From positions 8,032,001 to 8,096,000 of the forward strand of contig OY759599.1 of the NCBI GenBank assembly GCA_963662465.1: DNA of 64,000 nt. The letters are read 5' to 3'. How positions within the stretch are numbered: the stretch's first letter is position 1; each line of letters starts with the position of its first letter. Positions 52,999 through 61,288 of this stretch are shown here, one piece after another. A program made the position numbers and the translations under genes. The DNA comes from Desulfatiglandales bacterium (GTDB lineage Bacteria; Desulfobacterota; DSM-4660; Desulfatiglandales; Desulfatiglandaceae). The notes below the pieces were generated by a model that was not told the DNA's origin, ran no database searches, and was given only the letters and a program-made list of their open reading frames with translations.

Positions 52999-53574
52999 CT
53001 AAAGAGAGTTTTTAATGAAATACCATAAATGATGTGCCAGTCGGGATGGATTCAAGGCGAGCAAATCAGGGGGAAAGAATTCTGTATTTCGTTTCCGATA
53101 AACAGCCGCGATACGCAGTTTGGCATTCCAGTCCAGTTGGTCAACATTGTCGATGAAAACCCACTCCATATACTTTTCCCTCTCAACCTCCTTTATGGAT
53201 TCTGCCAATCGGGACAATATCAGCTCCATTCCCTCCAGTTTGGTGTCAGAGGCATCCATGAGCGCCACATCATAACCATCGTCGTGAGCGCCCGGGTAAT
53301 TTTTTCTGAGCAGGGAAACGGCCTCGGCAAGGGCCTCTTCGGTGGAAAGGTGTCGGGGAAGGCGAAGCCCGGTCTTGTAGACGTGGGAAACAAACCTGCC
53401 GATTATTCTATTGAAGTCACAATGGGAACAACCTTCTTCGGTCTCCCATCGAAATGCCTGTGCCGCCTGATCGATGGGGTCATCAATTTCATTAGCCATC
53501 TGTTTTCCATCGAGGAGCATCATGATGGCATCGATGGCCTTGTCTGCCGAATGATCGGTATCAGAACTCCTCAT
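52999..53574 (-). CDS. Hypothetical helical protein (unnamed domain, copy 1)
   Basis: GAGGAG SD + ATG at 53574; aligns by eye with the C-terminal part of 55780-57336 and the N-terminus of 53561-55756. Confidence 0.8.
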   Translation of the reverse strand: MRSSDTDHSADKAIDAIMMLLDGKQMANEIDDPIDQAAQAFRWETEEGCSHCDFNRIIGRFVSHVYKTGLRLPRHLSTEEALAEAVSLLRKNYPGAHDDGYDVALMDASDTKLEGMELILSRLAESIKEVEREKYMEWVFIDNVDQLDWNAKLRIAAVYRKRNTEFFPPDLLALNPSRLAHHLWYFIKNSL

Positions 53575-55756
53575 AGGTGAACTCCTCGGGTGCTTCACTT
53601 TGGACAGGGGTCAAAGGACTATGGTGGAGATCCCAACGCCGGTTCCTTTGCCGGATGAGATCACGGACCACATGCACCGGTTTGTAATATTGCCTGTAGG
53701 AGCGCTCTATAATGGCATCTCTAAAATGTCGCTCGGGAATTTCCAGAGGGCCGGACAACTCCACCTTTACGATGTCTATTCCGATACGGGCGACTGCCTG
53801 GCCAAGTTTTAGATTTACGAGGTCATCGCTTCGAACAAGGCCGTTAAGGTCCTTGGTCAAATAGCGGGCATCTTTACCGTCCACATTCATGATGATGGTC
53901 GTACCCACGCTGGATAAGGCGTCAATCTTCTTGGTGCCAAACTGGCTGAGGTAATGATGGGCCAAGGTAAGGCTGGCATTGAATTTTCTCGTCTCGGAAA
54001 TGAGGTCTTCCATTGCGGGGGTCAGGAAGCGATGGGCCTCATCTACATGAAGAAAAAACTGTTTACGTTCTTTTTCCTTGGTGTCACTCCGGCCCAAGGC
54101 GGCAAGATGGAAAAGCGATAAAATAAAACACCCCAGTATCTCCCGGACTTCTGAGCCTATGGTGGAAAGGTCTACCAGAAAAATCATTCCTTCGTCCATG
54201 ATCCGACGAAAATCGATGACGTTCTCCGGCTGGGACAGCATCAGGGCGACCGTGCCGGAGACGAGAAGCTTGCTCAGTTTATGTTTTGGAGGGCCAAGGG
54301 CCTCGTTGGAATAATTCAGGAAATCCTCTTGCCAGAATCGGAGGGCGGTCTGGTTATCCACCACCTTGATGATCTCTTTGCGGAGCCGCTCGCTCTCTTC
54401 GCTCCCGCGGCGAAGAAGGTCAGACAGATCCAAAAGAGTGCTGCCGGGTAGCTGAAGAAGGGCATAGAGGCCGTGCCTGAGCAGGTGCTCTAATCGATCC
54501 CCCCATCCCGTAACCACGCTCTTGAACGCAGCCACAATGTCATCTGCGGTACGGGTTACATCCTGCCCGCGATTTCTCTTGAGACAGTTCCACAAAGGAA
54601 CATGATCATGGTTTCCGGGATCAAAGTAGATCGTTTTTTCAACATGCTCTTCCTTTATCAGGCAAAGAAGATCTTCAATAAGGTCTCCATGGGGATCCAG
54701 CACGGCCACACCCATCCCCTTGTCAATGTCGTCTAATATCATTCGAGCCATGGTGGTGGATTTGGCGGTTCCGGGCCTGCCAATGATGTGGGTGGAACGG
54801 GAACGAGACATAAGGGGCATGCAGACCGGGGATTCAACCCCCGCATACTCGCATGTTCCGATAAGCGTGCCCTTATGGAGAGCGATATTTCGTACAGGGA
54901 GCGTTTCAAGGATGTCCATCGGCGCTTCCCGATATTCCAGGATTCCAACCGGAGGAATGTGTACAAGTCCGGCAAGCTCTGCAGAGTTGACAAGGAAGCC
55001 GGGACGATACGTCACGCCCAAGAGAAACATATCCATGATCCTTTCACTGGAGATAACCCTGCGGTATTGTGTATCGGTGATGGATTCAAGGGGACGACCG
55101 CCGTGCTGGAATACGCTCAAAAATGTAGAGATTGCCTTGAGATAGAAATCCCCAAATTCCTTCCCTGATATCATTCCCACTCGGATCGCAGCAGAATAGA
55201 AGGGTTTATCGTTGTGGGCTTTACATTCAACATCCTTGGCCATTTCCCGCAAATCCCCGGATGGCGCCTGCTGAAGGTGTTTTTGAGGGGTCTGAAGGCC
55301 GTTTAACAACTTGAGTGAATATTCCAGATCCAGAAGACTTTCCACATTCTGGTGCCAGCAGTGCTCAGGCCTGACGGGTTGCAGGAGTGCTTGATAAAAT
55401 CCAATCCCCGGAGGTTTTATTTCCATGAGGGCGGCGATCAGCGGTTTATAAGAGGAAACCTGGATTTCATCCGGTTGTGTAAGAATGATGTTTCCACCCT
55501 GACGTCTATATTCTTTCTCTAATATTTCCTTTGCCCGTCCCGCGGCCTCGGTGCGGGACATAACTCCCCCATGTACCACACACAGGCTGAAGTGGTAGCT
55601 GAAATAGTCGGCAATCACGTTGGTAAACTCGTCAAAATCTCCGACCGTGTTCTTGCTGAGAGAGAAATGCACGCGCGCTTCGTCGTGAGAATTCGTGACA
55701 TTCTTGGCAATTGCCAGCTCATCCAATGCTGCCACAAGGCTTTCCAATGATCCCAT
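53561..55756 (-). CDS. VirD4/TraD/HerA-FtsK-superfamily ATPase with fused N-terminal half-copy of the unnamed domain
   Basis: HIIGRPGTAKST (Walker A variant), VLDPHGDL, LHVDEAH (Walker B), RKFNASLTLAHHYLSQ. Confidence 0.85.
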   Translation of the reverse strand: MGSLESLVAALDELAIAKNVTNSHDEARVHFSLSKNTVGDFDEFTNVIADYFSYHFSLCVVHGGVMSRTEAAGRAKEILEKEYRRQGGNIILTQPDEIQVSSYKPLIAALMEIKPPGIGFYQALLQPVRPEHCWHQNVESLLDLEYSLKLLNGLQTPQKHLQQAPSGDLREMAKDVECKAHNDKPFYSAAIRVGMISGKEFGDFYLKAISTFLSVFQHGGRPLESITDTQYRRVISSERIMDMFLLGVTYRPGFLVNSAELAGLVHIPPVGILEYREAPMDILETLPVRNIALHKGTLIGTCEYAGVESPVCMPLMSRSRSTHIIGRPGTAKSTTMARMILDDIDKGMGVAVLDPHGDLIEDLLCLIKEEHVEKTIYFDPGNHDHVPLWNCLKRNRGQDVTRTADDIVAAFKSVVTGWGDRLEHLLRHGLYALLQLPGSTLLDLSDLLRRGSEESERLRKEIIKVVDNQTALRFWQEDFLNYSNEALGPPKHKLSKLLVSGTVALMLSQPENVIDFRRIMDEGMIFLVDLSTIGSEVREILGCFILSLFHLAALGRSDTKEKERKQFFLHVDEAHRFLTPAMEDLISETRKFNASLTLAHHYLSQFGTKKIDALSSVGTTIIMNVDGKDARYLTKDLNGLVRSDDLVNLKLGQAVARIGIDIVKVELSGPLEIPERHFRDAIIERSYRQYYKPVHVVRDLIRQRNRRWDLHHSPLTPVQSEAPEEFTYEEF

Positions 55757-55779
55757 GTATCCCCCCCTTTTTTATGTCC

Positions 55780-57336
55780 TTAGAGTGTTTTCAGCAGTTC
55801 CGAAACCCTGTCTAACGATTCCATATAGTAGAGTATAACCTCTTCCCAATGGAACGAAAGCTGTTCTGGCGATTTCCCCCTGAGGTCGACTGGCAGTTGC
55901 GGCCCTATCCGTTCCATAAAGACCTTCATTAACCTGATTTTTGCATCCTGGTCAAGAGGGTCTATTGAAACTTTGAGCACCATACCAGTGTGGTTTTTCA
56001 TTTTCTCGTGCTTCAAGTGTTCCGTCATGGAGTCAAACACCAGGCGCATTCCCCCGTTAATGCCGTGCTTTCCCTCTGCCAGTGCGGCATTGTACCCTCC
56101 TTTGCGTGCAAAAGCGGCTCTTACCAGTTCAATTGCCTCAGAAGCAAGAGCACTCCTCTTGAGGCTCCCTTCAGGCGAGCCGATGTGCCGGAAAATATGG
56201 CCATAAAAGGAGGTAATTGCATCGTTGAATGTGAAGCCGTCTTTGACCGTAACGGAATCAGGGGCATAACTGCCCCGGGCATTGTCGAAAGGGTGCCCGA
56301 TCTTTTTGGCCAGGTTTTCTTTGCTTAGTTCTGCCAGGAGCCTTTCAAAAAGCGCGTTTTCCGTGTCATGTTCATGCGATTCGGCGGCGCTGGCTGCATT
56401 GATTGCAAAAGGCCGCTCGCCAAAACCGTCACCAAACAAGGCCTTGTAGAGCTTCCGAACATCCTCTATATCATTTTTTTTGGCATGTTGTGTCAGCTGG
56501 ATACAAAACTCAGGTGAAACCAGTGGAAACAGGTCATCTAACGTTCGTGTGGAGGGAGGCAGGGAAACAACCAGTCGAAATAGTTGTTCACCGAAACGCT
56601 CGGGATAGCTCTGATTTTTGAGGTGAAAATCAACGTAGGCTTGGAGCAGCAGCCGGCCATTTTCGACCATACGATTCATAAGGGACCGCCCCAGGGCATC
56701 CCAGAACCTCTTTTCGTTTCCCTCAACAAACATGCCAACTGTCCTGCCTATGGGGTCTTGGGCCTCTCCGGGAGGGGTCTTCAAACCAAAAAAACCGGTC
56801 TTTAAGCTGCCGAGCACAATGGATGAATCTGTGGCGAAAATCCTCAAGGCATCGGACACATCACCCAAGGGGTAGATCTTTAAATCTCCTTTGTGACGGA
56901 GCAGACTCTCTTTTGCGGATTGATATTCAATTGGCGTCAGGACCTGTAAGGATCGGTCCATTTCAAGTTCCGGAAAGGCCTCGGCCTCCTTTTTAATGCG
57001 CTCATATTCCGCATTCCAATGGGGAATGCTCCTGAATGTGCTTATCAGGGTTTCCTCCTGTTCTTCATTGCCTGTGAACGTATCGGTGGCCAGATCATAG
57101 AGTAAACCGTAGATTACGTCCCTGATTTGTTGTATCCCCTGGTCGGCCCTTACACCGGATGGTTTGAGAGCGGCCCTGGTAAATTCCATGAACTGGCGAA
57201 AACCTTCTAAATATTCCGGTTGGCTGCCGAGTTCTCTGATCTCCTCGAAAGCGTCATCCATTGCGTCTCTTGTATTTACGTTGTTAAGGGCACGAGCAAT
57301 TATCGGAATAAAGTACAAATCCTTGTTATTTGTCAT
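55780..57336 (-). CDS. Hypothetical protein, C-terminal unnamed domain (copy 3)
   Basis: 518-aa ORF from ATG 57336 with purine-rich SD, co-oriented with the module. Confidence 0.8.
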   Translation of the reverse strand: MTNNKDLYFIPIIARALNNVNTRDAMDDAFEEIRELGSQPEYLEGFRQFMEFTRAALKPSGVRADQGIQQIRDVIYGLLYDLATDTFTGNEEQEETLISTFRSIPHWNAEYERIKKEAEAFPELEMDRSLQVLTPIEYQSAKESLLRHKGDLKIYPLGDVSDALRIFATDSSIVLGSLKTGFFGLKTPPGEAQDPIGRTVGMFVEGNEKRFWDALGRSLMNRMVENGRLLLQAYVDFHLKNQSYPERFGEQLFRLVVSLPPSTRTLDDLFPLVSPEFCIQLTQHAKKNDIEDVRKLYKALFGDGFGERPFAINAASAAESHEHDTENALFERLLAELSKENLAKKIGHPFDNARGSYAPDSVTVKDGFTFNDAITSFYGHIFRHIGSPEGSLKRSALASEAIELVRAAFARKGGYNAALAEGKHGINGGMRLVFDSMTEHLKHEKMKNHTGMVLKVSIDPLDQDAKIRLMKVFMERIGPQLPVDLRGKSPEQLSFHWEEVILYYMESLDRVSELLKTL

Positions 57337-57418
57337 TCCCTGAGCCCCTTTCACGTTCAATAAGATCCAGTACCTCTTCCAAACCGCCTGCAACACCGGA
57401 AGAGAGAACTGTTTCCAC

Positions 57419-57532
57419 ACCGTATCCACCATCTTACAGAGAGAGGCCTATATCGGGACCATGGTCTACAACAAGGTCAGCAAGGTCCCGGGCACCGAAA
57501 AAAGAAAGAGAAATCCGGAATCAGAATGGGTG
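57419..57532 (+). pseudogene. Large serine recombinase fragment
   Basis: TVSTILQREAYIGTMVYNK...KRNPESEWV matches the IL.N..Y.G..YNK...NP..EW recombinase-domain motif. Confidence 0.65.
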
Positions 57533-57638
57533 AATGGGATTGTTTACGAATCAACCTCCGGAGGATTGTTTCGCACGAAAAATTCAGGGGCCTGAATTGT
57601 TAGTGCAACAACAAAAAAATAACCGCGTAATCTGTGAA

Positions 57639-57988
57639 ATGCGCCTGTCGGAGATGCCGCTAAGCGGTGCCCCGTTAAATTGGTGGAACCACAGCGTATT
57701 TATCTGGGGTGCCAAGAAAAGCATCAAGAGGGCAATGGCCGCTGAGTGCAGCCGGAAACTGGGCTGTAAGGCCAAGCAGGAAACCCAACGACGATGTCGA
57801 CCTCTAAAAGATGGTGAAAGCCTTTAAGCAGGATTGCAGAAAATGGGCGATGGACCTTCTTTAACAACAGCGGAATCGGGATTCCCTGTGCATGCCTTAC
57901 GACAAGAGTATCGGGAGAGCCGTACAGTGGAAATCTCTACCTACGGTTCGACGAGGACCTCGGGATTAAACCCCCGAGGTTACTCTAC
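57639..57988 (+). mobile_element. ORF-less/internally deleted group II intron
   Basis: Domain V GAGCCGTACAGTGGAAATCTCTACCTACGGTTC (57917-57949); domain VI hairpin ACCTCGG...CCGAGGT with bulged A and TACTCTAC end; 5' ATGCGCC (GTGCG variant, boundary less sure). Confidence 0.8.
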
Positions 57989-58025
57989 CGGTTCACACAA
58001 CTAAATCCCTTTTTGCTTCTACCTG

Positions 58026-58061
58026 CCCCGTGAAACCGTTGTTGCAGTTGTTTCACTGGGG
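58026..58061. repeat. REP-like hairpin
   Basis: CCCCGTGAAAC...GTTTCACTGGGG inverted repeat. Confidence 0.6.
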
Positions 58062-58472
58062 TTTAACCGGGGTGCCAGAAACCCCTTGTCGTTAATAACC
58101 GGGTACAGACCTCAACATAACAACCACCAAGAGTCAACGGCAGATTTGACCCCATGCCCTTTGATGCACATCCCAAGGTCACTGAAGGTGTAAAACCACG
58201 ACCCGGCATCGAGTGGCAGGTGACTTCAATATAAGGACGTTATAACCAACACCCAAATAACGGCAATAAGGAAGGCCTGACCCCATCATCACAACCCTCT
58301 AACGCATCCAAATCCGTGTAACCCAAAGGGCGGAGCTGTCTTCAAGATTTGACTGCAAAACAAAACCAAAAACCGTGTCATCCGTGAAATCCGCGCCAAA
58401 AAAACTAAAGAAACCACCAACGTCCCCTGCACCAATTTGTGTTTCCGCTTTTCACATATGAGGTAACCAGTC

Positions 58473-58697
58473 ATGAAAAGTCGCATCTTTGATAAACATT
58501 TTCCGACGATTCTTGGGGCAGGCAGTGTAATGGAAATCTGGCCAACGGAAAATTATGATCGTTATATGCCAGACCCTATTCCGGCAAATAGCCTCAAGGG
58601 ATATTGGATGAACGTTAACTCGTACGTGTGCAAAGGCATTGTGCAATATGAGTTGGATTGCCATACCAGACTAGCCGAAAGTCTAAATGATGAATAA
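58473..58697 (+). CDS. Small hypothetical protein
   Basis: GAGGT SD, 74 aa, fills one inter-motif spacer; GAGSVMEIWP..Y...W..V pattern recalls small partners of DUF2335 genes. Confidence 0.6.
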   Translation: MKSRIFDKHFPTILGAGSVMEIWPTENYDRYMPDPIPANSLKGYWMNVNSYVCKGIVQYELDCHTRLAESLNDE

Positions 58698-58747
58698 TAA
58701 GCGAAGCCTGACCCCCTAATTTTATGGTCTCGTCCCCCTACCTTTCC

Positions 58748-58808
58748 GAATACGAACTGAAGAAGAGGGAGTTTAGGGATCGTACGAAAAGGTACGCTTC
58801 GGCTGTTA
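58748..58808 (+). pseudogene. Four-helix-bundle (23S IVP-like) protein N-terminal fragment
   Basis: ELKKREFRDRTKRYASAV, bounded by motifs on both sides. Confidence 0.5.
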
Positions 58809-58940
58809 GTGCCAACGTTCCCCATTACTCCCCAAATGACAAAGAGAGCAAAATACCCTCAGTCCATGAGAAATGCAGTTGCGTAGCAACGTCCCCCATT
58901 CCACAGACCTCAGGAAATTGGGAACCGCTATAAAAATCTG

Positions 58941-58969
58941 TTGTCATTTTGGCGTCATTAATTTATCCT
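58941..58969 (+). promoter_or_regulatory. sigma70-type promoter of the TA operon
   Basis: TTGTCA-17 bp-TATCCT, then AGGAGG SD. Confidence 0.6.
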
Positions 58970-58989
58970 GTTTGTAAAGAAGGAGGTGT

Positions 58990-59280
58990 ATGATGACGCT
59001 GAACAAAACAGAAGAAAGAATTCCTGCCCGAATGCCCCATGAGGTTTACGAGCGAATTGTTGCGGCTGCCCATACTGTCGGAGCCACACTGAACCAGTTT
59101 CTTGTTCAGGCGGCTATTGACAAAGCGAATGAAATTCTGGAAAGGGAGCGCATTATTTCTCTTACTTCAAAAGACGCAGATACGCTTTTTCATCTGATCG
59201 ATAATCCGCCTGAACCGAATGATCATCTCAAAGCAATTATGAATCAGAGAGAGGCAGAGGCGCTTTTGTGCCGGAAATAG
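58990..59280 (+). CDS. DUF1778 (TacA-like) RHH antitoxin
   Basis: RIPARM...I..AA...GATLNQFLVQAA...ISLT..D...F..IDNPPEPN. Confidence 0.92.
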   Translation: MMTLNKTEERIPARMPHEVYERIVAAAHTVGATLNQFLVQAAIDKANEILERERIISLTSKDADTLFHLIDNPPEPNDHLKAIMNQREAEALLCRK

Positions 59281-59771
59281 GTTCTCTTTTTCGCCATCAT
59301 GACCGGGCCGGATTTGATTGCGGAGTTCCAGCACTGAACGGTTTTCTCAAGTTCACGGCCAGGCAGCATGGTGATAAAGGGATTTCACGCACATTTGTTT
59401 TAACCGGGCCGGAAAACCCATCCATCATTCTGGGCTATTTTACACTGACACTCTGTGAAGTCAAAACAGAACATCTTCCAGCCTTATATGCCAGGAAATT
59501 TCCGAAACACGGGCTTCCAGCCGTTCGACTGGCCCGCCTGGCCGTTGACACGCGATTTCAGGGTCGTGGATATGGTGGACGTCTTCTTGCCGAAGCGATC
59601 CATCGGACGGTTTTGATTGCGGAACATGCAGGCGTGATTGGACTGTTTGTGGATGCGAAAGATGAAACTGCCTGTCTGTTTTATCAACGGTATGATTTTA
59701 AGTCTCTTCCGGACAATATCCGGAAATTGTTTCTGCCGATTGAAACCCTACGAAAAGGGTCCCTGCGATAA
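59268..59771 (+). CDS. GNAT acetyltransferase toxin (TacT/AtaT-like)
   Basis: HDRAGFDCG, LGYFTL, PAVRLARLAVD..FQGRGYG, VDAKDE.A..FY. Confidence 0.93.
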   Translation: MPEIGSLFRHHDRAGFDCGVPALNGFLKFTARQHGDKGISRTFVLTGPENPSIILGYFTLTLCEVKTEHLPALYARKFPKHGLPAVRLARLAVDTRFQGRGYGGRLLAEAIHRTVLIAEHAGVIGLFVDAKDETACLFYQRYDFKSLPDNIRKLFLPIETLRKGSLR

Positions 59772-59789
59772 CTTCAAAAAGAAGGACCC

Positions 59790-59952
59790 GGAAGCCATCA
59801 GGAAGAACCCGGAAAAGTTCCCGGCAGATTTTATATTCGAGTTGAACGAAAAGGAACAGGATTTTTTAAGGTCGAAAATTTCGACCATAAAGACAGGAAG
59901 GGGCAAGCACGGAAAATTTGCCACAAAGGCTTTCGCGGAACAAGGCATTTGA
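59790..59952 (+). pseudogene. ORF6N DNA-binding domain fragment
   Basis: AIRKNPEKFPADFIFELN...LRSKIST...GRG...AFAEQGI; lacks N- and C-termini. Confidence 0.8.
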
Positions 59953-60270
59953 TATTCGACAAAGGAAAAACAGGCGCGGTATGGAAAACACGGCAAATAG
60001 AAATATGAGAGAAACGCAAGAACGCATGGGCGTCCCCAAGGGCCCCAGAATATGCTGGTCAGCTGGGTGAGATCCATGCCCTGGGTTTATAATGCGTGCC
60101 CTAATCAAGTCCTTAACCCCTAAATCTTAAATCCTAATAACCACAATAAATAAACCCTGACCCCCTAATAAAAAATCCGTGTAATCCGTGAAATCCGCGC
60201 CAAAAAAAGAAAAAACAGTCATCCCCAACCCCAATAACGACAATAAAGAAAGCCTGACCCCCTGATTGTT

Positions 60271-60480
60271 ATGACCCATGTCGCAGGTTTTCCATTTTCC
60301 ATCGTGAACTTTCACAGTATTTATGCCGCGCCCAAAGATTATCTCCTGGAACTGGCCGGCAGACAGAACCTACGCATTCGGCTTCGGCCGCCATACCGGG
60401 AAAACCTGTCGCAGGCCTTTGGCAAGTATTTTATGCGTGTTGGGCTTCCTCTGGATATTCGAGCGTTTGCTCGCAGTTAG
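60271..60480 (+). pseudogene. C-terminal fragment of a hypothetical protein
   Basis: RIRLRPPYRENLSQAFGKYFMRVGLP looks like a conserved C-terminus; fills exactly one inter-motif spacer; no SD. Confidence 0.55.
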
Positions 60481-60547
60481 ATAGGATGTCCCCATTATAA
60501 TACAAGCGTAAACTAGTGAAACAAGCAACGTCCCCCATTATTTTTTT

Positions 60548-61288
60548 GACAGGTTCGAAATAGTTACATTCAAGTATCCAGTCGAATGTTGTACTTTGAC
60601 CTCCACCTCTCAGATTTATAGGAATTTCCTTTAAGTAGCCATTTACTATTATTTTTGTGCCAGGGCATGACCTCTTTTCAGATATTGGCGATATAAGGTC
60701 TTGTTTTAAGAAAATTTTCATTTTTTTTGGTTGTTCACCACCGTCAAGGGTTTCAATATCTTCTTCAATCGTCATATGTTGGGCATCTATCAATTCTTTA
60801 GAAAGCATTTTGAATTTACCCTTACGCCCACATCCACATCTTGAAGGCTCTCTAAATTTCTGTTCAAGTTGAAGAAGTGGTATGATATTTCCACATGAAG
60901 GGCATTCAAATTTTGATGTTACAACTTGAGGTCTAATGTCGCTTTTTTGTCGAATAGTTCCTTGAACACAAATGAATTTTTCTAAATGTTTGCTTCGTAA
61001 GTCTCTGATTCGCTTTTTCTGACTTTTTGGAATATTTTTAATCCTTACAATTACTTCAATATTATTTTTGATAGCGAGATCAAATAATGAAATTGATATA
61101 CTTACTGCCTTAAGGGATTCCTCAGGATTTTCAATCAGGTCTTCTGCTAAATTGATATTCTGTTTTGATATTTCATTAAAATCCATAACGAAATATCTAT
61201 CCCCTTTTCTTACAGATTCTATAAGGGTGTCATAATAGAGGATTTCTATTAATTTTCTGTATTCACCTATTTGTTCTTGGGTTTCCAT
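60548..61288 (-). pseudogene. mcm: Archaeal-type MCM helicase, N-terminal domain only (truncated before the AAA+ domain)
   Basis: DF..IS...LAEDLIENPEE, IRDLRSKHL, GTIRQKSDIRPQV, zinc finger FECPSCG...RCGCG, DAQ...EE...GGEQPK, PG.KI.V.G; similarity stops at NYFEPV, then reads through the repeat motif. Confidence 0.9.

Larger units (their letters stand above)
58147..60536 (+). repeat. Array of ~13 co-oriented TGACCCC / CGTCCCC motifs with irregular, gene-fragment spacers
   Basis: Copies at 58147, 58278, 58419, 58709, 58731, 58814, 58888, 60029, 60114, 60158, 60255, 60486, 60527; several preceded by CAATAA..AAGCC or CAA. Confidence 0.85.

Noticed and set aside
57534..57827. ORFs over the intron relic as an intron-encoded protein
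   Set aside because: No RT motifs (no YADD); they overlap structured RNA sequence.
58154..58233. Possible HepT/DUF86 toxin fragment (KVTEGVKPRPGIEW)
   Set aside because: Too short and degenerate to call without a search.
58147..60536. CRISPR array or integron attC array
   Set aside because: Repeats are short and degenerate, spacers vary from ~20 bp to >1 kb, and there are no cas genes, no RYYYAAC...GTTRRRY palindromes and no IntI in view.
60431..60547. C-terminal 38 aa of the MCM ORF
   Set aside because: Read-through across the repeat motif and antisense to another fragment; not MCM sequence.
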